In this document: positions 57,838-64,000 of the stretch, piece by piece
How the letters are laid out: every line of letters begins with the position of its first letter
Position numbering within the stretch: the first letter of the stretch is position 1
NCBI GenBank assembly: GCA_946965045.2
Contig: OX337231.1
Coordinates: 3,224,001-3,288,000 of the forward strand
Source of the DNA: Epithemia pelagica
Lineage: Eukaryota > Protista > Bacillariophyta
Reading direction: 5' to 3'
DNA length: 64,000 bases
Program-made: the position numbers and the translations under genes
Notes under the pieces: model-generated
The model's database searches: none
What the model was told of the DNA's origin: nothing
Seen by the model: only the letters and a program-made list of their open reading frames with translations

Positions 57838-58387
57838 CATGGTTGTTTCGAAGGGTCTTACGGCGATTGTGAGTGTGAGGCTGGGCACGGCGGAAAGGCG
57901 GATCAATCACACTAAAGTCGCACTGTCTGTACTGATTTCTCGCTCTAATTAGACTAGCTAGCGCTACGGTATTTTGTGATTTTCTAAAATGAAAATTTAT
58001 GAGTCGAAAATGGTCAAAAGCGGATTTGAGACCGCGATCAGTTTCGAATTCCTCTATGCCTTCAGACGTGCATACTCCTCAGATGATCTTATGAGGATTG
58101 TGTAATAGAATATGTAATCATTCCATTCTATACCGCTTCCGAAGTCCAAGGCATGACTTTTAGAGCGAATGATATGCGACAGAAGTCGCTTTTATACAGG
58201 AATTTTGGATTTCGGGAAAGCTGATCCACAAGAATGGAAAAGAAACGCGTGGGCAGGATTTTTAGATCCAGAAGCAAAGAAAGATTCGATTTTCGCTTCG
58301 ACCAACATCTCGTCATTTCCGGTCCCATAAGATACACAGTACCGTGTCGAATCAGCGATAGACGAAAAAGGAAAGAGAATACACAAG

Positions 58388-60007
58388 ATGAGTTGCGATG
58401 TTGGTTTGTATGGTTTGGCCGTCATGGGTCAGAACTTTGCCTTGAATATGGCCGAGCATGGCTTCAAGGTCTGTGTGGGTAATCGCAGTCCGGAAAAAGT
58501 GGCCGCAACCGTTGCTCGCGCCAAGGCCGAAGGAGATTTACCCTTGATTGGAAGTGAATCTCCGGCCGATTTTTGCTCCAAGTTGTCCAAGCCTCGAAAG
58601 ATTGTCATTCTCGTACAAGCGGGGAAACCAGTTGATCTTACAATTGAAGCACTTTCGGCGAGCTTGGAAGAGGGAGATCTCATTATTGACGGGGGAAAGT
58701 AAGTGGATCTTATACGTCAAATGCTCCCTTGTTGACAAAGAGCAGCTCATCTTACTCATTCGTTCGTGCAGTGAATGGTTTCCCAATCAAATCCGCCGTT
58801 CGGAAGAGCTTGCCAAAAAAGGAATCATGTTTGTAGGCATGGGGATTTCTGGTGGCGAAGAGGGGGCACGGAATGGACCATCGCTCATGCCTGGAGGTCC
58901 GAAAGAAGCGTACGATTTGATTGAGCCAATTATCACAAAGGTGGCTGCCAAGGTCGGTAGTCCAGAAGAACCATGTACAGGATATTGTGGACCTATTGGA
59001 GCAGGAAACTATGTCAAAATGTAAGTTTGAAACGTATTCTCGTTTGGAGGTGGAAAGTAAATTTGACGTCGACTCATGTGCTTGGTGCCTGGGACAGGGT
59101 GCACAATGGAATCGAGTACGGTGACATGCAATTGATCGCCGAAGTCTACGACATTTTGAAACACGTGGTAGGAATGTCAAACGAAGAAATGGCGGCTTTG
59201 TTTCGAGAATGGAACAAGGGTGAGTTGGAGTCATATCTTATTGAAATCACTGCAACCATCTTGTCCAAGAAGGATGACAAATCCGACGGTTATGTTGTCG
59301 ACCATATTCTGGACAAGACTGGTATGAAGGGCACGGGCCGATGGACCGTTCAAGAGGCTGCCGAACAGAGTGTCGCTGCACCTGTCATTGCCGCAGCCTT
59401 GGACGGTCGTTACATTTCGGGCCGAAAAGAGGAGCGTGTGGCTGCCTCCAAGGTATTGCAAGGTCCGGCCATGAGTATCCCAACCGTGGATAAGGACCAA
59501 GTCATTGCCGATCTTCAACAAGCCTTGTATTGCGCCAAGGTTGCCTCGTATGCGCAAGGGTTGGGTATCATCCGTGCTGCATCGGAAAAGAATGACTGGA
59601 ACGTGGACCTCGGTCTCTGTGCTAAAATGTGGCGTGGTGGCTGTATCATTCGTGCGGCCTTGTTGAGTAAGATTACGGCTGCCTTTGAACGAGACGGAAG
59701 TTTGGCCAATTTGCTGGTGGACCCTGGCTTTGCCCAAGAAATCAATGACCGACAAATGGCTTGGCGTCGCGTCGTATCCTTGGGTGTCTCGGCAGGTATT
59801 GCCACTCCTGCCATGTCGGCCGCTCTCGGATACTTTGATCAATATCGTCGAGCATCCCTCCCAGCCAACCTGATTCAAGGACAACGTGATTTCTTTGGTG
59901 GACACACCTACCAACGTACCGACCAGGAAGGAACCTTTCATACATTGTGGGATGACACGCACAAGGATATTGGAGACTTGACTGGTCGAACGGCCGGCGA
60001 AGTTTAG
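58388..60007 (+). CDS. gnd: 6-phosphogluconate dehydrogenase, decarboxylating; introns 58699-58771 and 59021-59097
   Basis: [17 protein letters not shown]|[21 protein letters not shown]|[24 protein letters not shown]. Confidence 0.97.
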
Positions 60008-60285
60008 CTTTGCATCTGTGACACTTGTAGAAAGCCATCAATATTGAACCATTCTTTTTTTAAATAAACGGATACAAGTAGAAAAAGGTATCCGATGACT
60101 ATCAAATTGGTTCTGTTTCGTGACGAAATGGTTGACTCTGACCTGTAGGGTTACAGTGACGATATCCACAGGCGAATGGCGCAGAACTTTTACCATTACT
60201 ACCAAACTACAGTCATGCTGCATTTCATGATTTCACTCATGACTTGCAAAACTACCAAATCCTAGAATTAAAAGCAGATTCTGCT

Positions 60286-61077
60286 TTATCGGCCCTTTGT
60301 ACGAATGTTTTGTTTCATCATAAAGTCGCCACGTTCATAGGGTCCATTCTCGTCTTCCCACGCTTCGCATTCGGCGCTAAATTCATTCATTTCACAAGGG
60401 TTAATTGCGCCGTATTGTTGTCCACCGGGGTAACTAATGATTCGCAGAGAATCAAAGTTCAAGGGACCAATCCCATTCGCATATTGTCCAATGTCTTTAT
60501 CCATTGGAACAGCTGCGACAAAATCAAAAATGACCTTTTTGTCCGATGGTGTGATATTTTCAATCATGGCAAATTGACCCGCATCGGTGGACAAATCAGG
60601 ATTGTTGGCCAAGACGGAATCACCCGAATCACCATCGACAACAAACCCGTACACTCCGACATCTTTCAAGTCTTTGGGTGACGCCTCTTTCAAGGTTGCT
60701 TCCACAGTCACGCAGAGACCACGCATTCCTTTCATGGCCATTTGTCCCGGAATGGGTCGACTGGGAGGACAGGGTGCTGCCGTATAGGAGAGAGGTGTCA
60801 AGGCAATCTTGACTGGACCAACTGCTTGCGCCGATTCGGGTTTGCCACCCAGTAAGAGGGAGCTAGCCATGGCCGCACTCCCAGTCAAAAAGGCACGACG
60901 ACCAAATCCTTCTGTCTGGGAATCTTGTTCCTGTGCCGGCAGAGCCATCATAGTGCACCTCCGATAGCGAGTCGAGGAGGCATCCTGTGATGTAAACGTT
61001 CGGAACGGGCTATTCCATCCAAAGCAATGGACACCACTGGCCAGCAAAGATAAAAGGACGACAGAGCGAAGCCACAT
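60286..61077 (-). CDS. Thylakoid-lumen protein of unknown function (tripartite presequence with twin-arginine signal)
   Basis: Signal ending GVHC-FGW, transit peptide, GRRAFL plus hydrophobic stretch plus AQA cleavage site. Confidence 0.75.
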   Translation of the reverse strand: MWLRSVVLLSLLASGVHCFGWNSPFRTFTSQDASSTRYRRCTMMALPAQEQDSQTEGFGRRAFLTGSAAMASSLLLGGKPESAQAVGPVKIALTPLSYTAAPCPPSRPIPGQMAMKGMRGLCVTVEATLKEASPKDLKDVGVYGFVVDGDSGDSVLANNPDLSTDAGQFAMIENITPSDKKVIFDFVAAVPMDKDIGQYANGIGPLNFDSLRIISYPGGQQYGAINPCEMNEFSAECEAWEDENGPYERGDFMMKQNIRTKGR

Positions 61078-61262
61078 GTTGATTCAACAGCAACACAAGG
61101 ATATCAAGAGAACTTGCTTCACATTAACGCAATGGGCAAGCGCTGACGCGAAGAATGACACGAAAGATCTATGAGTCAGTCCCGAGTGGAAGTTGAATCC
61201 ACGACCCATTTCATTCTGGCACAAAACAGCTATCATAGCTGCTTCCGCTATGACCAATCACC

Positions 61263-62210
61263 ATGGACGCTGACGCTGTCGTAAACAACGACACAGCCAT
61301 TACATCTCCATCTGCCAAGGCCTTCTTCGCCGCCTTGGATGCCAGAAGTACTGCAAACGGAGGTGAGACACGTTCGCAAAGTTCGTTTGTCAACAAACGG
61401 ATTCAAACATTGGGATGGCGCAATCGTTATTCGCAACAAGAGAATTATCCAGTCACAATTGTGCGACGACAGAACGAAGAAGAAGAAGAATCAATTCATT
61501 TCTCGGTTCGTCAGGTTCAGCGAGGTGAAGTCGAAGGCAAATATGGAACGGGTGCCACAGTATGGCCAGCATCCATGGTATTACTGAAATTTCTAGAACG
61601 TCATGCCACCCGTTTGGTTCGAGGACAACGAGTTGCCGATCTTGGAGCTGGAACAGGTGTCACGAGCATTGCGGCAGCACATTTGGGTGCCAAGGAGGTT
61701 GTTTGTACAGATGGCGAGCCCAACGTAGTGCGATTGTCCTGCGACAACATACAGGATGGATCCGACGAGCAGGAAAGCTCTTGCACAGACACCTCGATCA
61801 AGGAGGCAACAAACGAAACCTCAACAGAAACTGAAAAAGTCCAAACTTTTCGGATCAACAATGTCCCCGTTCATGTTCAAAAATATTGGTGGGGCAGTGG
61901 GACACTTCACGGAGGGAATTCGTTTGACCTTGTGATTGTTTCCGATTGTGTGTTACCCAAACTCTATCCCATTGCCCCGTTGGTCGATGCCATTGATGTG
62001 CTTTTGCCACGCGATAATTCGGAAGCAATGGCAGTCATATCCTATGAACATCGATATTATCCTCACTACGACCCACGAAACAAATTCCGAGAGTTGGCAC
62101 ACGCCAAGTCTCTTGAGGTGGAAACAGTGCCCATAGACGATCATCACGAGGTCTATTCAGTAGAAGACATTGAAATCTGGCTGGTAAGGAGGAAAAGAGA
62201 AGTGAAGTAA
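61263..62210 (+). CDS. METTL21/family-16 protein lysine methyltransferase
   Basis: TGATVWPASMVL, motif I DLGAGTG, VCTD, IVSDCV. Confidence 0.88.
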   Translation: MDADAVVNNDTAITSPSAKAFFAALDARSTANGGETRSQSSFVNKRIQTLGWRNRYSQQENYPVTIVRRQNEEEEESIHFSVRQVQRGEVEGKYGTGATVWPASMVLLKFLERHATRLVRGQRVADLGAGTGVTSIAAAHLGAKEVVCTDGEPNVVRLSCDNIQDGSDEQESSCTDTSIKEATNETSTETEKVQTFRINNVPVHVQKYWWGSGTLHGGNSFDLVIVSDCVLPKLYPIAPLVDAIDVLLPRDNSEAMAVISYEHRYYPHYDPRNKFRELAHAKSLEVETVPIDDHHEVYSVEDIEIWLVRRKREVK

Positions 62211-62571
62211 CTGCCCCATTTTGACCCCGCGAAAATTAACGCATGCTATAATATATTGTACCTTACTCTGAGCATGATCCCCTTGAAAGCTTGGCTTCGT
62301 CAAGGCACGTGTCATGTTGTGTTTCTGGTTGACCATGTTAAAACCCAAGTAAAACCAGGACAGTCAACGATTTCTCCTCGTGGCTGTAACGTTTGGAATT
62401 TCATCTCCATGATCATGCCGTGAGCAAAAGAGCCTTCGTTCAAAATGATAAATCGGCTTGACTGAAGCGCTAATTTCTTCGCCATCTTCGCGTGAATTGA
62501 TTAGCATTTTGGTACAAACGTTCAGGGGCCACCAGAAAACAGATGCGACAAAGACGGTAAGCTTTACTACC

Positions 62572-63156
62572 TCAGAAAAAGTTGCTTAGTCGGTATGCTT
62601 CATCCCTTTCATTTTCTTCCTTTTCTTTTCTGTCCTTTTTGTGTTTCTTTTTCTCTTTTCGTCTGCGTTTTCGGCGTTCATGGCTATCCTCACTTTCACT
62701 GTCGTAATCATCACTGCTTCGGTTGCGAGATTCATCATCATCTTCTTCTTCCCGTCGGTGGCGTTTCTTTTTCTTCTTTTGACTTTCATGTTTCCGTCGT
62801 TTGGAGTGTTTACTACTTTTCCGCTCATGTCGATCTGACGAAGTCGACGAATCGTCGTCATGGTCATCTCGCCGCCGGCTACTACTTTTTCGTTTGGAGC
62901 TTTTCTTTGGGCGATGATTGGTGCCTCGAGCAAGCTTGGCATCCCGTTCTCGATCCAACTGTTCCCGGTACGCCGCCATGGCCTCATCTTGTTCATTGAC
63001 CCCGAGCATTTTATCCTGATTTTTCAGTTTGTAGGATTCCCAATCCGGCCTCGAAGAATCTTGAAATCGTTCGCGGATGGTGGTCAAGGGAAGCTCCCCC
63101 GTCGATGCTGCCGCCGCGGCCCGCTGTTGCTGCCATGAAGACCCAGTTCCACTCAT
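62572..63156 (-). CDS. Lys/Arg/Ser-rich nuclear protein, FAM133-like
   Basis: RPDWESYK followed by a highly charged KKKKKR/SS tail. Confidence 0.55.
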   Translation of the reverse strand: MSGTGSSWQQQRAAAAASTGELPLTTIRERFQDSSRPDWESYKLKNQDKMLGVNEQDEAMAAYREQLDRERDAKLARGTNHRPKKSSKRKSSSRRRDDHDDDSSTSSDRHERKSSKHSKRRKHESQKKKKKRHRREEEDDDESRNRSSDDYDSESEDSHERRKRRRKEKKKHKKDRKEKEENERDEAYRLSNFF

Positions 63157-63348
63157 TATCAGACCCCAAAGTGGCCAGATTTACTAGCCTTCACTTCCTT
63201 GTCTTTGGGTGTTGATGATTCCACGAGGGAGAGTACCTTACCCACAACACTTGAGAACGTTATGTAAGGCAGTCCCATCGCTACGATCCCTTCTCTCATC
63301 CAGACTAGTGACCACCCCGACGTCCGTCAATGGTGCGCGTATCGCGTA

Positions 63349-63953
63349 AGGGCTGGGGATACCGATCCATGTACATCTAAGTAGGCTCAGTACAAAAGCT
63401 ACGTAGAGTACATAAAATCAGATAGTACACGTCACGCCGGAAATGGTCGGAATTTCAAAAACATGCAAAAACGCTCGACAATGATGGCGAGATCCGGTGA
63501 CGCCGTATGCATTCACCCATGCATCGCATAAACATCCAACCACCGTAAGTCCTTTGCCTTTACCTTTGAAATTGTTGTCTGAAATTACAGAAGATTTGCC
63601 AAGTTGGCTGAAAAGGTACGCTCATTTTTCTGCAGTGATGAAATCGAACGACCGCCCTAACTCATTCATTTTTCAAGGGTGCCTGAATCAAAGTGAAAGC
63701 AAAGTTGCTCTAGTAGTAAAGATTCTTATTGTAAAAGTGATTCAGGCAGGCTCAATTGTTCCGGAAGTTATTGCCATGGGGGTGATGCCTTCCACCATTG
63801 TCGAGCGATGGCTTCCAATTTGCATTGTTTCTCGTGGCAGCAAGTTTTCAATTTGAGACCATCCGCCCCACTTGTTACACTGATGAAAATAGTACTACGT
63901 ACCTTAATGTACTGACCCTACTTAGATGTACATGGATCGGTATCCCCAGCCCT
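63349..63953. mobile_element. Non-autonomous DNA transposon (MITE-like), 605 bp
   Basis: 37-bp perfect TIR AGGGCTGGGGATACCGATCCATGTACATCTAAGTAGG (63349-63385 and 63917-63953), imperfectly extending to about 58 bp; TA flanks both ends. Confidence 0.9.
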
Positions 63954-64000
63954 TATGCGCCTTCTCCACTCTCCACCAATTGTTCGTCTTTTGTGCAAGT

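Noticed and set aside
63497-63856. Transposase call for the ORF inside the terminal MITE
   Set aside because: No DDE or other recognisable motif seen.

Overview
Gene-dense eukaryotic nuclear DNA, most likely from a (pennate) diatom. The evidence is short GT-AG introns of about 60-110 nt (one of 268 nt), many bipartite plastid presequences with ASAFAP-like cleavage sites, an NTT nucleotide transporter, a fused BIO3-BIO1 and an intron-containing histone H4 ending GKTLYGFGG. About 35 protein-coding loci are supported. Most are housekeeping or plastid genes (AUH-like hydratase, MsrA, BIO3-BIO1, NOL9, GlyRS, FtsH, H4, AGC kinase, NTT, SPO11-2-like, S41 protease, CPSF30, 6PGD). Elements absent from the ORF track are a 5'-truncated non-LTR insertion with a 15-bp TSD and (TTA)n tail, two TIR-bounded non-autonomous DNA elements, an 18-bp minisatellite, a truncated miaA fragment, and an intergenic TACTCCTA/TAGGAGTA motif that recurs far above chance. 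The strongest novelty candidates are (1) a protein with about five Tudor-like domains around a disordered array of about 18 TQT (LC8/dynein-light-chain anchor) motifs, and (2) a CPSF30 with CCCH fingers plus both a YTH and a DCD domain. All domain calls are by-eye motif recognition; no searches were run.
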